A DNA stretch of 64,000 nucleotides from the human T2T-CHM13v2.0 reference genome, Homo sapiens: the NCBI RefSeq assembly GCF_009914755.1, contig NC_060927.1; one strand, 5' to 3'. The position numbers and the translations under genes were made by a program. Positions within the stretch are counted from its first letter, which is position 1. Every line of letters starts with the position of its first letter. Below, in pieces: positions 1-18,054 of the stretch. The notes below the pieces were generated by a model. It did no database searches. It was not told where the DNA came from and saw only the letters and a program-made list of their open reading frames with translations.

Positions 1-64
1 TTTTTCTTTATAATTACCCAGTCTTGGGTATTTCTTCATAGCAGTATGAAAATGGACTAATACA
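1..64 (+). mobile_element. 3' end of MaLR LTR (MST/THE1-like), cut by window edge
   Basis: ttacccagtcttgggtatttcttcatagcagtatgaaaatggactaataca is the typical MST/THE1 LTR terminus. Confidence 0.75.
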
Positions 65-400
65 CCCTGCTTTAACAAAATACCATAGACTGGGTGGCTG
101 ATAAACTACAGAACTTTATTTCTCACAGTTCTGTAGGCTGTGAGGTCCAAGGTCAAGGCACCAGCAGATATGGTGTCTATAAGGGCCTGGTTCCTCATAG
201 ATGGTTGTCTTTTCACTGTAACCTTACATGGCAGGAGGGCTGAGAGATTTATCTGGGGCCTCTTTTATAAGGGCACTAATTCCATTCACGAGGGGTTCAC
301 CCCTTTGATCTAATCAGCATCCCCCACCTCATAATACCATCACCATGAGGATTAGTTTTCAACATATGAATTTTGGGAGGACACAAACATTTAGACCCCC
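65..400 (-). mobile_element. MaLR LTR (MLT1A/B or MSTD-like)
   Basis: aacaaaataccatagactgggtggct...tttatttctcacagttctg...ggtccaaggtcaaggcaccagcag...aacatatgaattttgggaggacaca. Confidence 0.7.
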
Positions 401-509
401 TTTCTAACATTAGTTTAGAAAGTTTTTCATTCAAATGGTTTATATTTTGATAATTTCAAGAACTGATATGTTTTGTGGTATAGTTGAAAGAAAACTTGGA
501 ACCAAAAGA

Positions 510-625
510 TCCAGATTCTATTTCTAGTCTAGCTCTACTGCCAACCATATACGTGACCTTGAGCAAGTCACAAACCTTCCTAAAGCCCATTTTCCTATAA
601 ACTGATGGCATGAACAGGACCTCAT
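510..625 (+). mobile_element. MIR SINE fragment
   Basis: MIR core gtgaccttgagcaagtcac. Confidence 0.55.
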
Positions 626-3148
626 AGATGTCTTCTAGTTCTAAAACTATGCTTTGGGTCTTATGACAATGGAACACTCAAATAGCTATAATATCTGCAA
701 GGCTTCCTGTAGCTATGGCTTTTCTGCTTTTTCTATTCGTTTTCTTCTTTCTCCTTACACAGCCACATAATTTGTACCTAATTTCTGACCAAAAGAAGAC
801 CATCACTCAGCTTTCATAGCATCTGCTCATGAATATTCCCAGGCATATTTTTATTGGTGGGATGGGGAGTGAGACTGTATGAGTCAAGCAAAAGTAGATT
901 TTGGAATAAGAGGTTCTAAGCTATCATTCATGGATCCTCATTAAGATAGTTTAGACCTTTTATTGTATTAGCATGTATTAATACTAAGCAAAATCCAGAG
1001 TAACAAGTAAGGTGTGGTTTATATTTGATCTATTAATGTTTTTATTTAATTGAAGTACAAGTTTTCGTACACTTCAGTAGATTGGGTTTAACACAGAGAA
1101 GTTTTCAAGGAAAGCAATGGCATAATTTGAGATGAAGAGATCAAAATAGCATTTTACACTGTCCAAAGCATCATCAACCTAAATATTTATTATGTGTCAT
1201 AGTGGGCAAAAGTCAAAGGGTTAAAATACCAAGAGAGGGAATCTTTCCTCATATTTATTTTTATGCTGGAGTATTATTTATGTTTCTGTAGCTAATCTCA
1301 AATTCTGTTTTTAATTATTTTTGAGTTTGGGCATGAATAAATATTCCCTACATATTCCTTTGTTAAGGATATGGTTTGTAATGCCCTGTGTTTGAGGGAA
1401 TTATGAGGAGAGTAGGCCCATTTATTTGAGAGTGATATTTTCTGTCACAGGCTCAAGAACCCTAAGCCATGGGAGCGGAAGTCTGGAAACAGGAGTGAAG
1501 AGCTGCATATTTTTCCCTTTGGGAAAAGCTGAGTACACCTGCAATGGGTAGAATGCTCAATGGTAGCATCTTGTTGCAGGCCTCAAGATAGTTGCCTAAG
1601 CTGCTGCTTAGATCTCCTTCTCAGAGTTCTCAGACCAGCAAGGGCTTTCTGTTCTTACAGTTTGGCTAGAAACCTATACAGCCTTCCAATGAGCACATGC
1701 TTCTGCAATGTGGAAAATGCACTTACACGTAGAAAGTGAACCAGATGGTGCACATGAGGGAAGAAGAGAGCTCAGCTGGCTGTTTCTTGTGTTCCTTTGG
1801 GTATCAGAGTTGGGAGCCTGCATATTCATTTATAAGTGTCAGGCAGTCACATACAGCTTTCCCAGAGGAGGTGAGAAAGGAGGAGCAGCATTAATTTCTC
1901 AGCTTTTGCTTTATGATTCCCTGATGTAGCTCTACCTGCAGGTGAAAGCTACCTGTGGTGAAGACACACCAAGCACTATAATTTTTGGAAAAATAGCTTT
2001 TTAAAAGCGTGGAGGAATGTGCTCTAAGCAGCTTAGGAAGTAGCTGGAGGGTTACCTCCTATTGAGCTGATTTTATTCTTCTTAAAATAGATGGTGCCTG
2101 AAAGTTACATCTACATTTTAATTGGGACATTAGTGTCATAGTAATCAGTAATCTCAAAAGAAAGGCCATTTACTGTCATGGGGGAAAAAATTGAACATAC
2201 ATCCAGCAACCAAACCCAGGAAAGAGTGTGTTGAATTATTTAGGGACTTTCCAGGTTTTCTAAGAACATAAAAAATCTAGTAAAAGGCATTTGCAGGAAG
2301 TTCTTCACTCCAACAAATAGAGTGAATTTCTCAGTATATTTCTCAAACAGCTCCTAAGGGAAGAGGTGACACTAAGGTTTCCTTACTTTATATCTTCAAT
2401 CAGGACCCCATTTCTTAGCTCAAAAGATACCCTCTCCAGGGACTTGTTGACAAGAATTGGAGAATTTGGAAGGAAGACAAAAACAGAGACCCAAAAGAAA
2501 CTAATAAAGGGAAGTTCAATATTGACTGTGCAACCTCTGACACCAACTTCTTATTTTCTGTAGAAAGATTTAATCTATTTTATTTTTCCATTATAAAAGT
2601 AAATAAATATACTTTAGAACATTTTTTAAACGTGGAAAAAGGAAGAGAAAAAGATAATCTTTAATTCTACTACCTAAACATAATCAACATCTTTGGTGTA
2701 TTTATTTCTTGCCATTTTTCTCTGCTGAGTTTTAATTATTTATGCCAAATTTTATATCTTTTTTATTTAACATTTTTAATCATATTTTATGCTGTTATAA
2801 ACTACCTATAAAGGTCACTTGTAATAACTGCAGTACTCTATTGAGTGGATATACCACAGTTATTCTCACAACCTTTTAATATTTTTAATATGGTTCCTGT
2901 CTTGTATCCATGTTTCAGTTCTCTTTACCACATAGAATCCCAGAATTTGGTGGTCTGTTTCTTATCTGTGAAAAAAATGAGAATGGTAGTATGAATAACA
3001 AAAACATAAGGCTTTTGTAATGCAGACGATTACTAGCCATGTATAATAACAGTAGGAAGAGGGGAGTAAAATGGGTACTCAAAATCCACTTATAAACTGA
3101 GAACTTATTTCTGGCGATAATATTAAATTTGTTTTTGAGGCTACGTAG

Positions 3149-3736
<588 letters not shown>

Positions 3737-4506
3737 TCAGTTATAATTCTTACACTTTCCATTTAGACTGTGGATTTTAAAAGCCAAATTATCTTTTGGT
3801 GATGGGGAGCAGTAACTAAACAAAGTGACTTTGACATCTACAAAATAGAAAACTATTGGCCATAGTTGTTTGAAAGTACCGAAACATGTAATTTACAAGC
3901 CCCAGCCTAGGTTTTTGTCTATGGTGGGACGTTGCATCTCTCTGCATGGTTTCTTCAACTGTAAAATAAAGGTATTGGATTAGATATTTTCTTAAATCTC
4001 TTCCAGTCGTAACAATGTGTGATTTTTGTCTGTTTATTTAACAGTTATTGGTTCATTCATTTATTCACTCTGTAAACACTGACTGAATGAGCATCTTTGA
4101 GCCAGACACAGTACCCACCACTAGAAATGCTCAGATGACCACGTGGCCCTTAACTCCAGGTGCACAGTGTGTGCATTTGTATGTGTGCTCATGTGGGAGG
4201 GCAGAGAGATAGCCAGTAAAAACAGACAACTAGAGTGTAGTGGAATTGGTGTTATAGGGGACGGTAGATGTGCAGAGGAGGAAGAAATTAGGTTTGGAAT
4301 TGGTAAAGAGTTCTTAAATCAGAAAATCATGAGAGAACCCGTAAATCTTGTGAACTGTTCATGTTGAACTTTACTGCCAGTTGCGTTTTTAAAGACAGGC
4401 TTTGAATAATGCCTTGTTTTCTTCTTTGCTTCTGTAACTGTGGTTATATGTTGGTGCCTTATACAGACCAATTCTTGCCTTCTGCCATGGCAACACCTAC
4501 CACATT

Positions 4507-4804
4507 CTTTTTTTTATTGAGACAGGGTCTCACCCTGTTGCCCAGGCTGGAGTGCCGTGGCATGATCTTAGCTCTCTGCAACCTTGAACTCCTGGGCTCA
4601 AGGGACTCTCCAGCCTCAGCCTCCAGAGTAGCTGATACTACAGGTTTACACCACCATGGCTAATTGTTATTTGTAAAATTTTTCTGTAGAGACGGGTTCT
4701 TACTGTGTTGTCCAGGCTGGTCTCAAACTCCTGGCCTCAAGTGATCCTCCCACCTTGGCCTGTTAAAGTCCTGGAATTACAGGAATGAGCCACCACTCAC
4801 AGAC
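4507..4804 (-). mobile_element. Alu (AluJ)
   Basis: Diverged dimer, gacagggtctcacc...ctcctgggctcaag; flanking accacattct repeat. Confidence 0.9.
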
Positions 4805-4939
4805 TCACCACCACATTCTAACTGCAGCTCTCCAACTGATATTAATTAGTTTATTTTAGTTTATATTAATATGCTATCAGCATTGCCTGTTTGCTTATGA
4901 TTCCTCCAATGTAGAAAAAATGATAATTCAGACTTAATC

Positions 4940-5730
4940 TTTTTTTTTATTATACTTTAAGTTTTAGGGTACATGTGCACAACGTGCAGGTTTGTTACAT
5001 ATGTATACATGTGCCATGTTGGTGTGCTGCACCCATTAGCTCGTCATTTAACATTAGGTATATCTCCTAATGCTATCCCTCTCCCCTCCCCCCACCCCAC
5101 AACAGTCCCCAGTGTGTGATGTTCCCCTTCCTGTGTCCATGTGTTCTCATTGTTCATTTCCCACCTATGAGTGAGAACATGAGGTGTTTGGTTTTTTGTC
5201 CTTGCGATAGTTTGCTGAGAATAATGGTTTCCAGCTTCATCCATGTCCCTACAAAGGACATGAACTCATCATTTTTTATGGCTGCATAGCATTCCATGGT
5301 GTATATGTGCCACATTTTCTTAATCCAGTCTATCATCATTGGACATTTGGGTTGGTTCAAAGTCTTTGCTATTGTGAATAATGCTGCAATAAACATACAT
5401 GTGCATGTGTCTTTATAGCAGCATGATTTATAATCCTTTGGGTATATACCCAGTAATGGGATGGCTGGGTCAAATGGTATTTCTAGTTCTAGATCCCTGA
5501 GGAATCGCCACACTGACTTCCACAATGGTTGTACTAGTTTACAGTCCCACCAACAGTGTAAAAGTGTTCCTATTTCTCCACATCCTCTCCAGCACCTGTT
5601 GTTTCCTGACTTTTTAATGATCGCCATTGTAACTGGTGTGAGATGGTATCTCACTGTGGTTTTGATTTGCATTTCTCTGATGGCCAGTGATGATGAGCAT
5701 TTTTTCATGTGTTTTTTGGCTGCATAAATG
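4940..5730 (-). mobile_element. LINE-1 3' fragment, L1PA4-like (L1-A)
   Basis: L1PA 3'UTR (ttatactttaagttttagggtacatgtgcac) plus ORF2 C-terminus (ORF 5154-5708, [18 protein letters not shown]); no clear TSD. Confidence 0.95.
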
Positions 5731-6508
5731 TTCTTGTAAAAGTGGTATGATAGGAAGGTATTTTAAAAAATCACATTCCCCAACTTCATCTTACCTTTCT
5801 AATAGAACACCTCATATCCACTCTGAAAATACATTGATCTAAATTTTATGGTGGGCAAAATTTTAAAGAACTTTGCTGAGAAAACCAGAAACCACAAAGG
5901 AACACTGATATTTAGAATCAGGAAGTGCCATCTCTAGTGATTAAAACATTTGGACTGGAGCTGTATTTATCTTTTTAATCAAGTTGTCCTTGTTTGCCAC
6001 AAGGGAAGTAGTGTTACTTCCTGTCTCTGAAGTAGTATTTGATTACAAGGACTAAAGGAAATGTGTATACTTCAAAGAAAATAATTGGACCAGGTGGTCA
6101 TACTTTAGAGTACATTAGCTATCCAGAGACAAGATGCCAATGCCATCGGTATCTCTTCCTTTCTGTACTATCGGGATTGTGTAAACAAGATTTTATAGAC
6201 CTTGTTAGAATGTTTGTAATAAATTTTAATGACATACACATTAATGGTAAGACCTTCAGTTTATAGAGAAAAATAAAATAGTTTTTAAAGTGCCAGGATT
6301 TCTAATGTATTGTGATGGTCCATTTGTAGTAGTGAGAGGTAGGTAAAATGCATCCTTGGTTGACTCTCAGACTCTGAAGATATGTAATCATAGACAGCTG
6401 GGCTGCTGTTTAATGCCATTTTGCAAATGTTATGTTCAGTCTTTGGGATCTACTAGACACTTTAAGAATTCATCTGGTAAATTGCCTTCTGAAAGGCCCT
6501 GTTTTTTT

Positions 6509-9858
<3,350 letters not shown>

Positions 9859-10680
9859 TCACCTTCTAGTGCCCAGAGGAATTATCTTTGTGTTTCCTTA
9901 GTTGATAAGTTTGTCTCAAGGCTGTGTGGCTTAGGCCATTTCTGATGAAGCTGGTTTGATAAGGAGTTTCTTTAGTATATACACTGGAGGAGCTCCTGGA
10001 TGTGCTCTTTAGTTCTTTAATCAATCCTAGGGAATTCTAAATCGACTGTGTAGAAATTGCTAGGACATACACTGTTCATTCAACACAAACATTTACTATG
10101 TGCCAAGTTCTGGCTACGTGCCGAGAGTCTAAGAAATGGGTAAAGACAGATGAGTTAGAAGTCTGCTTCCTTCGAATTTATTGCTAATCTTTGACTTCTG
10201 TATCTATGAATCTATTTTCTAGAATTTGTTTCAAAATAACACCTGTACTTAACTGACTTATTCCTTACCTGAGTCACTCTGATTTCCATTCTCCTGTCTT
10301 AGTCTGCCTCATTCAAGGAAGGAAGTAACACAAATTATATTTTTATTATTTATATCCCACTTCTTCCCTAAAAGTTTGATTTGCCATTCTTATAATAATA
10401 ATGTTACAATAAAAATAGATCAAAGCCATAAATAAGGACGAAAGCAAATGTACTATCCATAAAGAATACTAAAGTATAATAATATACTTTAATTAAGCAT
10501 CCAATTTCTCCTAAGCTTTCTGATAACCAGAGCAAAAAGAGAAACCTAATGACTTATAAAGTTCTCACTGTTTTAATAGATAAAATAAAAGTTTTTCAGT
10601 GGAGACAACTTCTCTTTTGGCACTAAAGATCATAAAGACTTTATCACAAGACTTCCTGTGTATGGGACATTGAACAACAT

Positions 10681-11170
10681 TGTCTTAGTCTGGGTTCCTC
10701 AAATATAGAGCCTGAAGCAAAGACTTGCTTACAATTGGTTTATTTAGGAATATCACCCCAAGGAACAGGAGTGAGGGGCACTGGGAATGAAAGAGGAAAC
10801 AAGGAAACCTACTATGAGGACACTTATGGAGTTGGGCTCATCTGAGGACAAATGCTGCTTAAGCCCAGGTACCTTCTAAGGTAGCTTGTGAATAGCATCC
10901 CAGACCATTTAGCTACCAGTACCACTCCCACATTTGGCCAATGGTAGTTCCACAGACATTAACTTCCCTGAATTTCTGGTTTATGTAGGCCTGAAGGCTG
11001 AGTGAGTTCTGTGGGCATCCCATGCCTTGGCATCAGGGAATCTCCAGGGGAGGAAGCAAGCAATAAATAGTTTAGTCCGAGGCAGCATCTGGGCAGAACT
11101 GGTCTCCACAGTGGTGGCGGGAATAAGAGGTACGGGAGCAAGAGAGTATGAAATGGTGCCCAGGAGATGG
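10681..11170 (-). mobile_element. Old ERVL LTR (LTR33-like)
   Basis: tgtcttagtctgggttcctc...agagcctgaagcaaagacttgc...ggtttatttagg resembles the LTR33 end; far boundary approximate. Confidence 0.5.
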
Positions 11171-11270
11171 CCTAGGCAAGCACAACAAATAAAATCTTAA
11201 CTTCATAGCAAATGCATGTGAGCCCATCTTATGGTCATTTCTTGCGTAACAACCATCTATAAAAGCTGAG

Positions 11271-11609
11271 GGCCAGGCACAGTGGCTCATGCCTGTACTA
11301 CCAACACTTTGGGAGGCTTAAGTGGGAGAATTGCTTGAGCCCAGGAGTTCAAGATCAGCCTGGGTAACATGGTGAAACCCCATTTCTATAAAAATAAGAA
11401 AAATTAGCCAGGCATGGTGGTGCATACCCATAGTCCCAGTTACCCAGGAGGCTGATGCAGGAAGATTGCTTGAGCCCAGGAAGTTGAGGTTGCAGTGAGC
11501 CGTGTTCATGCTACTGTACTCCAGCCTGGGTGACAGAGCAAGACCCAGTTAAACAACAAGAAAGAAAGAAAGAGAGAAAGAGAGAGAGAAAGAAAGAAAG
11601 GAAAGAAAG
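11271..11609 (+). mobile_element. Alu (AluJ) with GA-rich tail
   Basis: ggccaggcacagtggctca...ttgcttgagcccaggag; tail converted to (GAAA/GA)n. Confidence 0.92.
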
Positions 11610-11934
11610 TATTATTCATGTTTTTTTAAAGCTCTTGTATTGGACAGGAAAATGCATCTGAATACTCTCTATGTTGGACATACTCTATACTGGAATACTC
11701 TCTATATTGAACATGTAGAATATCGAGTGTATTCACATGCATTTATAGAAAAATATTGCATATAGCAGAAGATGAAAGAAAAGATGTTTTGTTTGATGTA
11801 ATGGCTCAACAGGACAGGATCCTAACTCAAACCTAAATAATTTATCTTCACTTTTATCACTAATGAATTTAAATACCTGGGCCCTTCAACCTGAGTAGCA
11901 TGGTGAGATGTAACATTCAAATTGGGGTTTATTT

Positions 11935-12313
11935 ATTTGACAGTAATTTGTATTCATTTATTGATTTTCCAACCCACTTATTCCAGTTCAGGGTTACAGG
12001 TGTCTGGACCCTATCCTGACAGCTCAGGGCACAAGGTGGAAACCCACCTTGGACAGGACACCATCTCATCCCCATGGTGCACTCACACACACCCACTCAG
12101 ACTGGAACCATGTAGACATGCCAGTTCATCTAAGGGGCACAACTCTAGGATATGGGAAGAAACCAGAGTACCTTGGGAGAACTCACACAGACATGGGAGA
12201 ACATACAAATTCCTCATGGACAGTGGCCCCAGCCAGGAAACAATTTTTTTTTTTACATCAATATTCTAGCAAAATGATGTTGAATGAAATAACATTATTC
12301 AATGACCTGCTAT
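11935..12313 (-). mobile_element. MER6 (TcMar-Tigger) fragment
   Basis: Reverse complement matches recalled MER6 start (cagcaggtc..gaataa...; gtgggttttctccgggtactccggtttcctcccacatcc-like segment at 12150-12200). Confidence 0.7.
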
Positions 12314-13117
12314 ATGTAAAAATTAGTTACCTTCCACAGATAAGAAACTCACAAGAGTGGTTACTTTGGGAATGAGAAATTGAGGAAGGAGACTTACTTT
12401 TTCACTGAGTACTCTTACTATATTGTCTGAATTTTTAACTTTGTCCATGTATTTTGTATTTCTTAAAATTTATAAAAATAAAACTAAACAAAACCTTCCT
12501 AATCCATTTCCCTTATCTTCAGTGCTAGAAATGGAATGTAATACCACAGAAAATCATACTTCTTGTTTTCAATAAAACTTTTCATCCTTAAGTCATATGT
12601 ATCTTTGGAATAAGTCGACAAAGGAACTCAGCAACAAGACCAGACATCATGGAACTGCAGTGCCAAGGTCAGAGAAGGTCAATAATAAGGTCCAAGGCAT
12701 GCCTGGACACCAGGGCTTCTACCATAGGTGCTTGGTAGCCTTTCTACCCTGGGCCAGAACTGGTTCCAGATTCCAGGGTAGGGCTGGCCTTATTGGAAAA
12801 AAAATAAAATTTCATCTGAAAGAGAGCAGGATTCATCGGTAGCATGCTGGTGGGGATCCAGCAGAGTTTCTGATGTCAATTTCTGTTGGTTGCCTCTGCT
12901 TCATCTCAGAGCTTGATCTTCTTGTGTCTGACAAGTTATTAGATTTGATGCTTTACTTGGCCTTTTAGTCAGATTTCTTCTCTCCTGAACTATGGCCAAA
13001 CCTCTATTGCTTTTCTTTCAAGGCGGTGAAGTATAGTGAAAAGAGCCCAATTGGCTTCATGATAATTCTTTGTGATATTATACTTAATGGGGCTTTTTAT
13101 GAAGATTAAAGATAATG

Positions 13118-13732
<615 letters not shown>

Positions 13733-13882
13733 TTAACTTCCTGTCCAGAGCATGACAGAAACCAGCAAAATGCTGACTCCATAAGCCTCCTCTTCCTTCC
13801 TTGCCCTGTCCTGTATGGAAAAATATTTCCTCAAGTTAAGAGTATTTGTATGGGTTTAATATCTTTATCTTTTCTAATACTG

Positions 13883-14379
13883 TGTATTAGTTACCTATTG
13901 CTGCATAACAAATTACTCCAAAATTTAGCAGCTTAAGACAATAAATGTTTATTAGCTCATATAATTTCTGAGGATCAGGAATCTAGGTTGGTTCTCTCAT
14001 GTAGTTGCATTCAAGCTGTCAGCCAGGGGAGCAGTCTCTGAAGATTTAACTGGGGCTGTTCTGCTTCTGAATATACTCATGTGGCTCTTGGCAGAAAGCT
14101 TCATTTCCTGTCTACATGGGTTTCTTCATAAGGCCTCTTGCCACATGGCTTCCCTCAGTGTGAGTGATGTAAGAGACAGAGAGCAAGGGGGCACCCAAGA
14201 CCAAAGCCACAGTCTTTTATAATGTGAATGTCGAAAGTGGTATACCACAGTTTCTGACAGAAGCTGGGGTTGGTCAAACAAACCAACCCTAATTTGGTGT
14301 GGTAGTATTCATACTAAGCAAGGGTATGAATACTAGGAGATGGAGATCATTGGGGGCCTCTTGGAGGCTAACTACCATA
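13883..14379 (-). mobile_element. MaLR LTR (MLT1F-like)
   Basis: tgtattagttacctattgctgcataacaaattactccaaaatttagcagcttaa...gggggcctcttggaggctaactacca. Confidence 0.75.
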
Positions 14380-14458
14380 GGGTGTATTGCAAAAATATCT
14401 ACTCTTACTCTTCCAACTCCTCCACTCTCTCTTCTACTATTATCACCTTTCCTTCTCA

Positions 14459-14792
<334 letters not shown>

Positions 14793-16421
14793 CCCTCTCG
14801 TTTTCTAATCACTACCTGCATCTCATTTCTTGGAAGTCCAAAGCTGGAGTGTTGAGCCCTGCACCTGGATGGCTTTAGGATTATTTAGACTCAGCATCCT
14901 TTCCAGTAATCACAGTGTACATTTCATCTCTCCAGGGTCAATGCCTTTGATGTATCAGTTTTTAAATATTTTGACTATCACTTCTGACTCCTCTAATTCA
15001 TTAAGATATTTCCTTCTAGAGCTTCCTAACACTGTGCCTGGGCATCTCGACAGCTTTGAAATTTCAGATCAGTTTTTTATAGTGGCATCCTAAATGCTTC
15101 AAGATTAAGGCATGACTCTCTGGATAGCAAGAAAAAAAAATGTCTCTCTCCTTTATCACTCCCTCCTCCCTTTTGTTTTTCTCTTTGTTTCCTTAACTGT
15201 GTTCTAAAATTTATCACATTTTAAATTATATCTATTAAATAATTTGATCACTCATTCTGTTAATTTTTTAAATGGATGAGTAAAGAACCACATAAATTGC
15301 TTTTATATTTCACTTTAATGTTCGACCCAGCAGTTGCCCTCAGTACAAGTTTCCTATCCCTTTTTTATTGCTCTTGGTTGCCTTTTGTATTGTGTAGAGA
15401 AAAAGGAATGCAGCAAAAATGAGGAAGTCACTGAAGAGCTTGTCTTTTTCTTTCACTTTTTACTATGCCATAATTTCCCTTACTGTGGTCATCTATTTTT
15501 TCACCAAATCTCCACCTCTGATTCTCTGTTCCTAAAGAAAACAACAGTAAACATGTAAGCCTCTCATTGTATCTCCATTAGTGGAAGAAGACTGTGATGG
15601 AACTGCAAGTAACTTTCCTAGGGACTGCTCCACTGTGTCTAGATTTTTTAAAAATGTTATGAGGAAAGCATTATTTTTTAAAGAACTCATATTTTTAACT
15701 TTTTTCTCGTTTCAAATTGCTTTTTTGATCTATGGTGAATTCAATCTGAGATTAAGCATTAAAGAACTTGGGAAAACCAAAATGCCTTCACAGAATTAGA
15801 GATGCATTTGATTTTTGTACTCGAGAATCAGCTTGTGAGAAGTATTGGCCCCTGTAAATAGAGATAAACTAAGCCAAATTTGTCTGTAGGCCTTGCGTTT
15901 TAAAATCACACCTGAAAGTGTTATGAGCCTGATATAATTGCATTTGCAAATAAAATGCAAGAAGGTCTAGGGCTCAGAGTACAATTAAATGTATTAAATT
16001 TTTCTTTTTGCTGTAATGACAGTAACTTTAGGCCTCTTCAGTTGACTGTACCTCTTTGTAAACCTTCCCCTGCAGGATAATCAGCATTCCACAGCCACTA
16101 AAGAAAATGAGCTTGTCTAAAAATAGTTGCCTGTTTACTAGATTTTAGCAGATTTTTTGGGGGGTGGTGGGATAGGGGGTGGGTAATATGAAAGCTTTAC
16201 AAAATGAAATGAGGTCAAATATGACAGATGTGATCAAATGTACTTCTAATCTGTAAATCCCTGACTAGCTACAGTTGTGCTATTTTTAAATGTATACTTT
16301 GAAGTTATACTGAATTTATGACATTCTCAGCATTTTCCTATATCTACAAGCATTTGGGATTACTCTGTTGTATTCTGTGGATTGGCGATCAGTGCATCAT
16401 TGCTGGTGCCCACTGGCTCTT

Positions 16422-17416
16422 TATTGGGGGAACCCACCCCTGATAATTCTTCGTGGGTTCTTTTCTATTTACCTAAGTGTCAGCCAGTCTGAGAAATAAA
16501 GGGAAAGAGTACAAAGAGAGAAATTTTAAAGCTGGGTGTCCGGGGGAGACATCACATGTCAGCAGGTTCCATGATGTCCCCCAAGCCACAAAACCAGCAA
16601 GTTTTTATTAGTGATTTTCAAAAGGGGAGGGAGTGTACGAATAGGGTGTGGGTCACAGAGATCACTTGCTTTAAGGGCAACAAAAGATCACAAGACAGGA
16701 GGTTAGGGCGAGATCACAAGGTCAGGGCAAAACTAGAATCACTAATGAACTTCCATGTCCCGCTGTGTATGCATTGTCATTGATAAACATTTTACCAGAG
16801 TTCAAGAGCAGAGAACTGGTCTGACTAGAATTTGCCAGGCTGGAATTTCCTAATCCTAGCAAGCCTTGGGGCACTGCAGGAGACTAGGGCATGTTTCATC
16901 CCTATCTACATCTGCATAAAGGCAGACACTCCCAGAGCGGCCATTTCAGAGGCCTTCCCTGGGAATGCATTCTTTTTCCAGGGCTGTTAATTATTAATAT
17001 TCCTTACTGGGGAAAGAATTCAGCGATACTTCTCTTACCCATTTTTGGTAATAAGAGAAATATGGCTCTGTCCTGCCCAGCCCACAGGCAGCCAGACTTT
17101 AAGGTTATCTCCCTTGTTCCCTGAAAATCGCTGTTACCCTGTTCTTAAGGTGCCCAGATTTGATATTGTTCAAACACACATGCTCTACAAACAATTTGTG
17201 CAGTTAACACAATCACCACAGGGTCCTGAGGCGACATACATCCTCCTCAGTTTATGAAGATGATGGGATTAAGAGATTAAAGTAAAGACAGGTATAGGAA
17301 ATCACAAGAGTATTGATTGGGGAATTGATAAATGTCCATGAAATCTTCACAATTTATGTTCTTCTGCCGTGGCTTCAGCTGGTCCCTCTGTTCAGGGTCC
17401 CTGACTTCCTGCAACA
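16422..17416 (-). mobile_element. MER11 solo LTR (HERV-K11/HML-8)
   Basis: Reverse complement begins tgttgcaggaagtcagggaccctgaacagagggacc (MER11 start); ~1 kb; 6-bp TSD gctctt/ggtctt 16416-16421/17417-17422. Confidence 0.88.
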
Positions 17417-17537
17417 GGTCTTACTTAGTAGAGTGTCAAATGAGGTCCTGTTTTGCACTGCTTTTATTTGACAGGAATTATTTTCTAACCACCAAAAATA
17501 ATAAAATTGATTTACTATGAACTCTTTCCTTTACAAG

Positions 17538-17764
17538 CAGTGGTTCTCTACCAGAGGCGATATCTACCTCCACCCCCATGGGACATTTGGCAATGTTGGG
17601 AGGCATTTTTAGTTGTCACAGCTTAGAAAGGGGAATGGGAGGGAGGGCTGGTGGTGTCTAGTGGGTAGAACCCAAGGATGCTGCTAAGTAAGCATTCTAT
17701 AATGCACAGGACAGCCCCCAACAGCAACATTTATCTAACCAAAATGTAAGTAGTGCCAAGGTTG
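17538..17764 (+). mobile_element. MER20 (hAT-Charlie)
   Basis: cagtggttctc...gggacatttggcaatg...ggatgctgctaa...aatgcacaggacagccccc...gtgccaaggttg. Confidence 0.8.
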
Positions 17765-17775
17765 TCTTTAGAACA

Positions 17776-18054
17776 ATAGTTTTCAACCTTTGTAGCATAT
17801 TAAAGTCACCTTGGGAGGCTAATGCCCAGGCTGCATTCAGATGAATTACACTAGAGTCTTTGAGCAGTGGGACTCAGGCTTTAGTATTTTTATTTTATTA
17901 ATTTTTAATTTCAATAGGATTTTGGGGAACAGATGGTGTTTTGTTACATGGTGATTTCCGAGATTTTGGTGTACCCATCACCCCAGCAGTGTACACTGTA
18001 CCCAATGTGTATTCTCCCCCAATGACTCCACTGCGTAACCAAGATTGAGAACTG
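17776..18054. mobile_element. MER5A interrupted by a short L1PB-like 3' end (17890-18011, minus)
   Basis: MER5A-like halves flank ttttggggaacagatggtg...gtgtacactgtacccaatgtgta, the reverse complement of the L1PB end seen at 29405-29520. Confidence 0.6.
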
